NCBI GenBank assembly: GCA_963823665.1
Contig: CAWGMQ010000004.1
Span: forward strand, 2,944,001-3,008,000
Length of the DNA stretch: 64,000 nt
Direction of reading: 5' to 3'
Source of the DNA: an uncultured Planctomycetota bacterium
GTDB taxonomy: Bacteria; Planctomycetota; Planctomycetia; Isosphaerales; Isosphaeraceae
The translations under genes were made by a program, and so were the position numbers. Positions 36,519 through 47,060 of this stretch are shown piece after piece. How positions within the stretch are numbered: the stretch's first letter is position 1; each line of letters begins with the position of its first letter. The notes below the pieces were generated by a model. It saw nothing but the letters and a program-made list of their open reading frames with translations, was not told where the DNA came from and searched no databases.

Positions 36519-39500
36519 TCAAGGCCGCGGCGGCACGCCGGTGATCGGCCCGGCCTTGGCGTCGTTGAAATCGGCGAGTGCGGTTGGGTCGGGTCGGGCG
36601 ATTCGCGTTCGGCGGGTGTCGGACTCCGCTCCAGGCTCGAGCAGGATGGTCAGGTCGTTGATGTCGTGGTCGAGCTGGCCTTCAAGGCAGATCAGGCGGT
36701 CGAGGGAGGGGTTCAGGCACCGGTTCTTTGCCGAAGCGTGATAGCCGGCACCGTCCTGGCTTCGCTCGACATCCAAGTAGACTCTCACGGCACTTGGAGG
36801 AAGGCCATTGAACTCGAACTTACCTGATGCGCCGAGCTTCGCGTGGAACCCGCCGCCCGCATTGGGATGGGACGCGAAGATGGTGCTTCCGGTAGGCACC
36901 TGTTTGCCGTCGGAGCAGATCACTCGGCCGGCGAGCGTGCGCCCTTCTTCGACGTGGCACTCGCCGATGTCGAACGTCGAGCCATCCTCGGCCGTTGCGA
37001 TGTGAATCGGAATGACGGCGCCTCCATCGGGCACGCTTGCGACCTTGGCATAAACCCAGAATTCGGCCGCTGCCGGGACGTGCGGGATGCGGAAAGAACC
37101 CTGCGAATCGGTTTTTGCTTCGAGGGGCGCAAGCAGAGTTGTATCCTGATCGCCATCGACGTACTTGAGTCCCATTTCAAGCCCCGCCACGGGCGGCTTC
37201 CCGTTCTTGAGCACTTTTCCTCTTACGAGAACGCCCGGGCCCAATGTGAGCGGTTCGCTGATCTTACCGTTCTGGTGGATGGAGATGAAGTCGCTAGTAG
37301 GATCGACCCCTTCGCCATCCTCGATGACCTCGAACTTGAATCGTCGCGAGGCGAACCCCTGCGCTCTGAGCACGAGGTCGAAGAGGTGTTGAGGCTCTTC
37401 CGCGCGGAAGGCGAACTCGCCGGCTTTTCCCGTCGAGACGACGGATTCTCCCTTGGTGTCCATACGATCCGCGACCGTGGCCGCGGCGATCGGCTTACCA
37501 TCGAGATCAACCACCCGGCCGCGGAGCATTTCAATTCCTTGCGTTGTGCTGAACGGAGAAGGTTCCGGCTTCGGTTTTGTAAACGGCGACCTCGGCAATC
37601 CCAACACATCCTCGACAGATCGCGCGATCAGATTGAACTCGAACTCGCGATCGAATTTCAGGTTGTCCATGGAAATCTCACCGAAGTCATACACAGTCTC
37701 ACCGGTATTCCCGATCGAGAATGTCGAGGCCCGATCGAGGGCCTCCACGGTTGCCGAGGCGACGTTGCCCGATTTGTCGATCACGAGCGTCGTCCCGATT
37801 CCATTCGTTTCGTAAGCCGTGATCGTTCGGCCCGAACCATCCTCGCTGGACCTGCGTGCGTTCGGGCCAGCGACGGTCGGTCCCGGCGGCCGGTCAAGAA
37901 GAAAATAGACCGGCGGTTCGCTCGTCAACTGTGTGCGAAGCGGGGCGACCGCGCGATTGAGCGTTTCGAGCGAGGTGATCGAGGCGTCGTGGAGGACAAG
38001 GATCGCAAGCGGTTTCCCAGCAAACTTCTTTTGAATCTGAGCGAGATGAGTCAGTGTCGGATTCTCAGACTCGTACTTGCTCGACCAGAAGCAGAGGATC
38101 AAGGCTTTGTCTCGAAAGTTGGCGAGTCTGACGGGCTTACCACCCAGGTCGAATGCGTCTATCTCCGTCGCCGGTTTGCCTAGCATCTTGAACCAAGCCG
38201 TCGACTCGAGTTGAAAGTCGGGGAGATCGAGTGGACCATTTCCGCGAGAAACGTTGATCTCCGCGACGCCTCGCATGGTGTCGGAATCGAATCGGATCTT
38301 GTACCGGCCCGGCAGTAACTCAGCTTCAAAAAGGCGGGGTGCGCCAGTAGATGCAGTCTCGTTTGTATCGGTCGAGTAACCCGTTTGCACATGTGCTGCT
38401 TTCTCGCCCATTCTGGCAATCTCACCCTCGTCGAGCCCGCCGGTGCTTGGATCGAGCGCGTACACGTTCCAGTGCAGATTCTGTTCGGGATGATCCTTGG
38501 GTGTCTCAATGACGCGAGCGCGGACCCGTCGAACCGGCTTGAGTGTGATTTCGAACGGCCTGTCCGGATCATCGTAGCGAATGACGGCGATTGCCCTTCG
38601 CGCGAAATCAGGAGACGCGAAGTGGATCACAATCGGGCCGTGTTCCGGAGACAGCGTGAGCGCACCCTCAAACTGGCCATTGGGCTCCGCCCGGAGCGCG
38701 GAACCCGCTTCTCTGTGAACCGCGAGCATCTGTAGGCGGTCGCTGCCAGAACGAATCTCAAAAACGTCTTTCATTTGCGCGATGGCGCTTGCTTCCTTAG
38801 ATAGAGGCAGATCGCGCCGCCAAGGAGTCGGGCCAGCTTGGAGGACAAACCGCCGGATGTCGGCCGGATGAATCGGTTGCCATTTTCCTCCCTCATCTTT
38901 CAATTCGAAGTACTTGCCGAGCGCCCCCGGCGAGACGACCTTTCCCTGCTCGTCGCGGAACGGCTCCTGGCGCTCGCGAATGCGGTCGCGTTCTGTGATG
39001 AGCTGCCAGCTTCCTGGCCACCCGCCGACGCCCCCGCCGATCCACGCCTTGGCCACCGGCTGGCCAAACTCGTCGCGAACGATTCCGCGAATTATTCGGA
39101 AACAAGTCTGGTGGCGGGGGAACCTTGTCCCGGGCAGCTTCCGGTGGTTCCTCAATCGCTGCGAGGGCGACTTCGGCCGGTACACGCGGTCCGTGCGCCC
39201 TGCTCGCTCGAATCGCCCACGAGGTTGCGCCGGAGACCAGAACACCGCCGAGCAAGATGATCGCCGCCGCGACCTTGAATCTCGTCAACGCGATTCCGCG
39301 CAGCACGTGTCTGGCCATCACCACCGAGGCTGCCCCGGCGATCGCAGGGCCGCTAGAGTGGGCAATCTGAATTGAGAGCCGCACCGTTGCTTCGGCCCAG
39401 GCCTGCGGGACAGGGGATGAGAGCTGGCCGAGCCCACCGGCTCCGGCGAAGGCCGATGCAAGGCCGACGCCGCGTTTTTCGAGCCGTGCTTTCAGCTTCT

Positions 39501-40074
39501 GCCGGCCGCGTGCGAGCCGGCTTTGAATCGTTCCAAGCGGGCAGCGCAGTTGAGCGGCCGCCTGCTCCTGACTGAGCCCATCGAGATAGCACAGGATAAG
39601 CGGCTCGCGGAAGGCTTGAGGCAGCGATCCCAGCTCGTCGTGGAGGGCTGCCCAATCTTCGCGGCTGTCCATCGCGGTGAGATCCGCTGCGACCGCATGC
39701 CCGGCTGCTCTCATTTCTCCCCCTCGGCGCTTGCGCTTGCGCCGGCGTGCCGCAGCGATTCGCACGTTGGCCGCGACCCGAAGTGCCACGCCGTGCAGCC
39801 AGCATCCCAGCGATTCGCGGCGGCTGATTGTTCCGGCCCGTTTTGCCAGGACGAGGAACGTCGCCTGGGCGGCGTCCTCGGCGTCTTGTTCATCGCCAAG
39901 AATCTGGCGGCAGATCCGCAAGACCATGGCTGCGTGCCGGTCGACGAGGGCTGCAAACGCGGCTTCGGCATCCTCGCCCCGGCGCTCGAGGAACTGTTCG
40001 AGCAACTGCCCGTCGGTCAAGCCGCCGGCGGTGCCGGTGTGGAAGAGGGTTTCGATTTGCTTGACGAATTCCAT
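36519..40074 (-). CDS. ECF-fusion 1: ECF sigma + TM + carboxypeptidase-regulatory-like repeats + redoxin-like domain (frameshift near 39110)
   Basis: MEFVKQIETLF..GGLTDGQLL..DAEDAAQATF..GTIQSRLARGR; TM; RGIVRDEFGQPVAKA, RGRVVDLDGKPIAAA; GKPATEI..LANFRDK..FW. Confidence 0.85.
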
Positions 40075-40125
40075 CGCTGGCCTGCAGGTTAGGCGCTTTG
40101 CACGTTTGGAACGGCCCAAACTTTC

Positions 40126-40158
40126 AGTGTAGTGTGCGCTGGCGTACCTGGCATTCCC
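40126..40158 (-). promoter_or_regulatory. Conserved motif GGGAATGCC-N15-CACTACACT (copy 1)
   Basis: Identical boxes and spacing at 46035-46067 and 54859-54891. Confidence 0.75.
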
Positions 40159-40279
40159 GAGTTGCTGGGATTTTCGTGCGCAGCGAGAATTCCGTTCGAT
40201 TTCGACGCAGCGCATCGGGGCCGCATCTCCCACGTCTGGCTGGCTTGAGCAGGGTTCGTGCACGGGTTAGAGTGCCATC

Positions 40280-41252
40280 ATGGCGTCACAGCGCAAAGAG
40301 CCGGACGATCTCGATAGTCCTTGGAAGGAAGCGCTCGAGCACTTTCTCGAATCGTTCCTCGCGCTTTGTTTTCCGAAAGTTCACTCCGGCATTGACTGGT
40401 CCCGCGGGTACCAGAGCCTCGACAAGGAGTTCCAGCAGATCGTCCGCGACGCGCGTGTGAGGAAGCGGCTCGCTGACAAGCTTTTCAAGGTCTGGCGCAA
40501 CGGCGGCAGGGAGGCCTGGCTGCTGGTTCACGTCGAAGTTCAGGGACAGCGGGAGAAGGCCTTCCCGGAGCGAATGTACGTGTACAGTTACCGGATTTAC
40601 GACCGCTACCGCCACGAGGTCGCGAGCCTGGCTGTGCTGTGCGACGAGCATCCGACCTGGCGGCCTGACCACTTCGGGTACGATAATTGGGGTTCTAAGG
40701 TCGGGATTTGGTTTCCTGTCGTCAAACTGATCGATTTCCGTGGGGATGACGGGGCCCTGGAACAGTCGCCCAATCCATTTGCAGCAGTTATACTGGCGCA
40801 GCTCAAAGTCATCGAGACCCGGAAGGCGCCGGCGACGCGCTGGCAATGGAAACTCCGACTGATCAAGGGACTCTACGATCGCGGGCTGAAACGAGAGCAG
40901 GTGCGGCAACTTTTTCGCGTGCTCGATTGGATGATGGCCCTACCACCGGAGCTGGAGCAGTCGTTTCGAACCGAGTTTGCGCGTTTTGAGGAGGCACGAG
41001 GCATGCCATATGTGACAAGCATTGAAAGACTGGCGCGAGGAAGGACTTCAGGAAGGACTCCAGAAGGGCGTCGCCAAAGGCTTCCAGGCCGCCATCTTGG
41101 AGCTTCTGGAATTCAAGTTCAAGAAAGTGGCTGCGAAACACGTGCGAAAGGTACGCTCGGTGCGCGAGGTCAAACGGCTCCAAGCCGTACTACGAGCCGC
41201 GAGCGAAGCGAACACGCTCGAGGAAGCCCTCTCGCCGCTTCGCGATGATTAG
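40280..41252 (+). CDS. Rpn/YhgA-like PD-(D/E)XK nuclease 1 (frameshift near 41038)
   Basis: DSPWKEALE..LDKEFQQI..ADKLFKV..LVHVEVQ..FPERMYVYSYRIYDRY; C-terminal MPYVTSIER..EG repeats. Confidence 0.85.
41003..41252 (+). CDS. Putative internally translated small C-terminal protein (RpnS-like)
   Basis: GAGGAGG at 40988-40994, 8 nt before the in-frame ATG. Confidence 0.6.
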
Positions 41253-41274
41253 TGCGCCTGAGGAGGCACGGGGC

Positions 41275-41596
41275 ATGCCGTATGTGACGAGCGTCGAACG
41301 CCTGGCGAGGGAAGAAGGGTGCGCGGAAGCGCGCGGAAGCGTGGCAGGATGGATGGCGCGAGGGCTGGCGGAAAGGATGGCGCGAAGGATGGCTGAAAGG
41401 ATGCGAGGAGGGCTTTACCGAAGGCTTCCAGGTTGCGATCTTGGACCTCCTGGAGCACAAGTTCAAGAAAGTGGCCGCGAAAGACGCGCGTAAGGTTCGC
41501 TCAGTCCTCGAGGTCGAGCGGCTCGAGACTGTGCTACGCGCCGTGTACAAAGCGAACACCCTCAAGGAAGCCCTCTCGCCGTTTCGAGATGATTAA
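41275..41596 (+). CDS. Stand-alone copy of the Rpn C-terminal module with expanded 4-aa repeats (frameshifted)
   Basis: GAGGAGG at 41260; MPYVTSVERLAREEG..WREGWRKGWREGWLKG..ILDLLEHKFKKV..ALSPFRDD. Confidence 0.75.
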
Positions 41597-41692
41597 GTCG
41601 CGGTCGACAAACTTCTCGAGTCGGAATGGAGTTGCCGAGGCGAGATGGTGGGGGAATGTGCCAGCGCGCATCGCCCCCCACGCGCTGCCCCC

Positions 41693-41833
41693 TCACGGCC
41701 GCGGCGGCACGCCTGTGATCGGGCCGGCCTTGGCGTCGTTGAAGTGGGCGATCACGGCCGGGTCGAGGTCATCCCGTTCGTCGCGGCTGGGTCTGGTCCG
41801 CCCGCCTGGCTCGAGAAGGACCGCGAGAATCTT
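41693..41833 (-). pseudogene. Orphan C-terminus paralogous to ECF-fusion 1
   Basis: VLLEPG..DPAVIAHFNDAKAGPITGVPPRP* versus ILLEPG..DPTALADFNDAKAGPITGVPPRP* ending at 36519. Confidence 0.9.
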
Positions 41834-44800
41834 TCACTCGGTCTTGCGGGCGACGACGGGGAAAACCGTTGCGACTTTTCCAGGCGTTCCCTCGCTGGTC
41901 TTCAGGTCGTCGAAGGTGATCTCCAATCGGTAGCGACCGGGCCGTTCGATGGGAAAGAGGGTGCGAAGGTCGATTTGAAACGCGCTGACAGTCCCGGCCG
42001 GCGCCAGTGTGAAGGGCGAGGCCCCGCCGGGATGGCGGCGGAAGGGGCGGCCGGGGATCTCCTCGGGGGGGAATGGCTTCTCACGAGCGCCTCCCAACTG
42101 GGCAAACGGGTTGAGCTCGTCAGGATTGTCCGACACGCGGACGAGCTGGAAGGCGATCCCGTCTCGGATCGTGACCATGCCGTCGGCGGCTCGGACGAGG
42201 TCGGCCGGAGCCGTCGAGTCGACTCCGCGATGGTTCCGGAACGAGAGCTCGACCGGCAGCGGGCCGGCGGTGGCGGCATCCTTGATTTCGATCCGCGCGT
42301 CCAGGTCGGTCGAGAGCAACGACCAGCCCATGTTCCAGGGCGTGGGGAATTCGATCTCCTCGGCGGCGACTCGTGTCAGGGCATGGCGGCCTGCGAACCC
42401 ATAGTAGCGACGCCATCGGTCGCCCGCGCGCACCTCCTCGGCTTGCCAGACCCGGCCCTCTTGCATCGCCTCGATAGCCGGAAACGCATTGCCCTGGTCG
42501 TCGAACCGCTGGATGACGGGGGGATCGTCGGGGAAGACCTCCAGCTTCGTCCACCGGGCGTCGAGCGGGAGCGCCGGCAACGGGACGCGGCGGACTTCGG
42601 CCCCGGCGCGGTCGAGCGAGAAGATGGCTCGCCCCGCCGCGACTTCCTCGGCTGTCGCGGGATGGTCGAGCGGGTCGAATGCGAGGACCGCCTTTTCATG
42701 CCGCGGACCACCCGGCTCTGCCGCGAGGATTGCCCGCGACGCCGCATTTTCGTGGAACCGTTCGCCAAACTGCTTCAAGTACGCCATGCAGGCGCCGATG
42801 GCCTGGTCGCGCTTCGAGACGGGCCATTGCTTCTGGAACCGGGGAATGCCTTCGAGCGCCTGGAGGTCTTCGCAGACCAGGTCGGCCATCCGCAGGGGCA
42901 TCGCCCCAGGCCCGGGCTTGACGGGATTTTCGGGCCGGGACGAAAGCGTGCCTACGCTAATGACCGACTGGGAAGTGCTGTTGCCCTTCTCCACGGTCTT
43001 GCTGCTGCCCTGGATCACCGTAACCGTCCCCTCGTCGTCGACCTCGACGGTGCCCACTTGGGTCTTGTCGGCGAGGGCCCTGAGGACGAGCGTGCGGAAC
43101 GATTTCAAGCCGAGCAACGGACCGCTGAGCCTGATATGAGTCGCAAAGCTTTGGGAACTGACCGAGGGATTCCAGGGCGATTTCGGGTCTTCGAACAGCG
43201 CGGCAGCCGCGGCTATCACGGCTGGGTGGTCTGGGTTGCTCCACAAGGGCTCGAAGATCGCGATCTGGCGGGCGTCGTGCTGGGCGGGGGTGATGGTGCG
43301 GATCCAGCCGGCGTAGTCGTCCAGCGCCTGCGGGTCGCCTGCCTGGGTGCGGAGGCGAGTCAGGCTCTCTATTCTCTCCTCCAGGCCGAAAATCTTCGGC
43401 CCGTTCTCTCGCTGGGCCTGTAAGAGCCCGGCGCAGCGTTCGGCGCGGGCTTTCAGGACAGGCAAGGCTGCCTTGATGTCCCACTCCGCCAGCATCGAAG
43501 CCATCTGGTTGGCCGATCCGACCTTGAACTGATCGGCTGAATTGGGATCGATTGGGCCGCCTGGGTCAAACTCTTTTGCTCGCATCGCCATGAGCTCGGC
43601 GACGCTCGGGTCTCGCTTGGCACGAAGGGCCTCGCCGCGGAGCCTGGGCCGGGCGCCGGGAGGAAGCGGGGTTGTCACCGCCGTGCCGAACGCCGTACTG
43701 CCGGGGACGACCGAGACATTTTCATGCTGGACGATGTTGCCGGCGGCCTGGAGCCATTCGCGCGGCGCGGCGACGTCGTCGGCGAGGGTGCGATACCAGC
43801 GCTCGATGAGCGGGACGTCTCGGTTCTTCTCCCAGTAGGCGTGGATTTGATCGGCGACCGCTTTGCGACCTTGAAGGCCGCGCGACGAGAGGTTGTCGCC
43901 GGTGGAGACCGCGCCGAAGAACGAGGTTTTCAAGATGCCGGAAAGCGCCGTGTAGGCGGCCTCGTGGGCCCCCATAATGATGCGCGATCGGTGGAAGTCG
44001 CGGTGGAAATGGACCGAGCGGGTGAGGCGGACATCGGTTTCGAGGTCCTCGAGCAGCGGGTTGACCGCCTCGTCGCCCGCTTCGACGAGTGACTCGACGA
44101 CCGGAGAATCGCCCAAACTGACGGCGCCCGGCTGGCCGAACTGGCGCGCTGCGACCTGATCGAGATCGGCGATCAGAGCGGCGATCCGCTTCTTGGCATC
44201 GGCCCCCTGCGGCGGCACCGGCGGTTGCTTCGGTTCCCGGGCCCGGCGCTCCTGGTCGGCGAGGAGATCGGGGAGCTGGTCGAGGAATTGGATGTAAGGC
44301 GGGGAGCCCTCAGCGCCGTCGCCGGGCTTTCGGGGGTAGTCGAAGCCCATCGCCTTGGCCCGCGTCTCGACGTCTTTCTGGAGCGTGGTGAGCTTCCGCG
44401 CATCGGCAAGCGCCAGGGCATCGTCGCCGCGCATGTGGGCGCAGACGGCGCGATCGAAGAGGTACCAGGCCAGGTCGTTTGCCAGCGTCACATAGGAAAC
44501 ATTAAATTTGTTCTCGTCAAGCTTCGCCTTCGGGTTTGCCGCTCCGAACCGGGCGTCGCGCGGCCGGCTCCCTGCGGCCCAGACTGTCTCCGCGAGATCG
44601 GCCCGGCCCAGCCGGAAAAGCAAGCAGACCTTGATCGCGAGGAGGCTCGTCGGAGAGACCGCGTATGCTTCGTCGATTGCCCGGAAGGCGTTGAACCCGG
44701 AGTCGTCCATGTTGTCGCCGGCTGCGCGGGAGGCGCGGGCCATCTCGTCGATGATTTTCACGTCGGCGGCCGGGTCGGCCGGCTCGCCGACCGAGACGAG

Positions 44801-45977
44801 CGGATAGACCAGACCGCTCCAGGCGACAGCGAATCGCGTTTTCGCGCCGGCAGGTGCCGGCAAGACCCAGCCTCGCGTCTTGATCACACCTCCATCGCCG
44901 GTCCACACGTTGCCGATGCCGATCTCGATCGCGCGGTAATCGCAGCCGCGCGGATCTGCCAGCCCTTGTTCGAAGAGCGTGGCCGAGGTATTCGAAAGGA
45001 ACGCGGGCAACGAGGTCGCGGGGGGTTGCGAGGGTTCACGCTGCCGGGGAGGGTCAGGGATCGACGTTCCTTCGAAGCGAGGCGCCGGGCGATGGTCGGT
45101 GCGCTGGCGCAGCGCCATTGCAGTTGCTCCTAATAGAAATACTGCTGTGAGCACGGTCATCGCCGCGCCGACTTTCCATTTGGACAAGACGATGATGCGG
45201 CATACTCGAAGAGCCAGCGCAACGGAGGCCGTGCCCGCAATCTCGCGGGCTTTGAGGTGCGCGAACTCACCCGCCAGCCGCACGGTCGCCTCGGCCCATG
45301 CCTGCGGGGCGGGGCAGGACGGGAGGCCGTCGCTGTGGCTCGCAGCGGCGAAGGCGGATGAAAGAACCCTGCCGCTTTTTTCAAGTCGCGTTTTCAGCTT
45401 GGCCCGCCCGCGTGCGAGGCGGCTCTGGATGGTTCCGAGCGGACATTGTAATTGCATTGCAGCCTGCTCCTGAGTCAGCCCGTCGAGGTAGCAGAGGATG
45501 AGCGGGTCGCGGAAGGAGCGGGGCAGCGATCCCAGCTCATCGTGCAGTCGCACCCAATCATCTTGGTTTTCGATTGTGTCGAAATCTCCATGGACGACGT
45601 GGCCGGCGGCTCGCAGTTCGCCTTCTCGGTGCTCGAGCTTGCGCGCGGCGCGCGTGAGCCGCGCGCAGGTTGGCCGCGACGCGGCGTGCCACGCCATGCA
45701 GCCAGCAGGCGAGTGATTCGCGGCGGCTGATCGATGGCGCACGACGTGCGAGGACGAGGAACGCGGCCTGGGCGGCGTCTTCGGCGTCTTCTTCGGTGGG
45801 TAGGATCTGGCGGCAGACGCGTAAGACCATTGCGCCATGGCGGTCGACGAGGGCGGCGAATGCGTCTTGGGCGTCGTCGCCGCGGCACTCGAGGAACCGC
45901 TCGAGCAACAGGCGGTCGGTCAGGCCGCCGGCCGTGCCGGTGCGAAAGAGGGTCTCGATTCGCTTGACGAATTCCAT
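41834..45977 (-). CDS. ECF-fusion 2: ECF sigma + TM + ~1000-aa domain of unknown function (frameshift near 45660)
   Basis: MEFVKRIETLFRTGTAGGLTD..; LPRSFRDPLILCYLDG..GTIQSRLARGR; TM; unrecognised extension. Confidence 0.85.
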
Positions 45978-46034
45978 CGCGGGCCTCCGTTTCAGCGCAT
46001 CACGCGGCGTTTGCCGACTGGCCGCAGCCTCTAT

Positions 46035-46067
46035 AGTGTAGTGTGCGCCCGCCGGACCGGCATTCCC
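46035..46067 (-). promoter_or_regulatory. Conserved motif GGGAATGCC-N15-CACTACACT (copy 2)
   Basis: Exact match upstream of ECF-fusion 2. Confidence 0.75.
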
Positions 46068-46189
46068 GTGCTGTCGGGTTTTCATGCGCACGGACAAGTT
46101 CATCCGATATTGGTGCAGCGCATGTGAATCGCATCTCCCCGCGTCTTGCTGGGTTGAGCGGGGGCTCGCGCAGGGGGTACGGTGCCATC

Positions 46190-46856
46190 ATGTCGTCCCG
46201 GCCTGAACAGTCCGACGATCTCGACAGTCCGTGGAAGGAAGCGCTCGAGCACTTTCTCGAATGGTTCCTCGCGCTTTGTTTTCCGGAGATCCACGCGGGC
46301 ATCGACTGGTCACGCGGGTACCAGAGCCTCGACAAGGAGTTCCAGCAGATCGTCCGCGACGCGCGCGTGCGGAAGCGGCTCGCCGACAAGCTTTTCAAGG
46401 TCTGGCGCAACGACGGCACCGAGACCTGGCTGCTGGTGCACGTCGAAGTTCAGGGGCAGCGGGAGAAGACTTTCCCGGAGCGAATGTACGTTTACAGTTA
46501 CCGGATTTACGACCGCTACCGCCGCCAGGTCGCGAGCCTGGCTGTGCTGTGCGACGAGCATCCGGCCTGGCGGCCCGACCACTTCGGGTACAATAATTGG
46601 GGAGGAGGCGCGAGGCATGCCCTACGTGACGAGCATCGAGAGACTGGCGCGGGAAGAAGGTCGTCAGGAAGGAGTCGCCGAAGGCTTCCAGGCCGCGATC
46701 CTGGAGCTTCTCGAACTCAAGTTCAAGAAAGTGGCCGCGAAACACGCGCGAAAGGTCCGCTCCGTGCGCGAGGTCGAGCGGCTCCAGGCCGTGCTGCGGG
46801 CCGTCAACGAAGCGAACACGCTCGAGGAAGCCCTCTCGCCGCTTCGAGATGGTTAG
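46190..46856 (+). pseudogene. Rpn-like nuclease 2 with ~296-bp internal deletion
   Basis: Highly similar to 40280-40692, then jumps directly to the equivalent of 40988. Confidence 0.85.
46617..46856 (+). CDS. Intact 79-aa RpnS-like C-terminal module
   Basis: GAGGAGG at 46602-46608, ATG 46617, open to TAG. Confidence 0.7.
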   Translation: MPYVTSIERLAREEGRQEGVAEGFQAAILELLELKFKKVAAKHARKVRSVREVERLQAVLRAVNEANTLEEALSPLRDG

Positions 46857-46950
46857 CCCATCGCGGGCCTTCGGTTGAGACGCATCGCACGGCGTTTACG
46901 AACTAACCGGACCCTATCGTGTCGTGTGCGCCGGCGTGCCCGGCATTCCC
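46857..46950 (-). promoter_or_regulatory. Orphan ECF leader with degenerate motif copy GGGAATGCC-N15-CACGACACG
   Basis: Paralogous to 45974-46067 including the ATG, which is followed by a stop two codons later. Confidence 0.75.
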
Positions 46951-47060
46951 AGGCCGCCGGTTCTGGCCTGAGCCGCGACGGCGCTGTGCAACTTGCCCAG
47001 CGAGCCGGCGCTTGGTATGCTCTGGATTGGACATGCGACAATTGTCAGGGGATAACGGCG

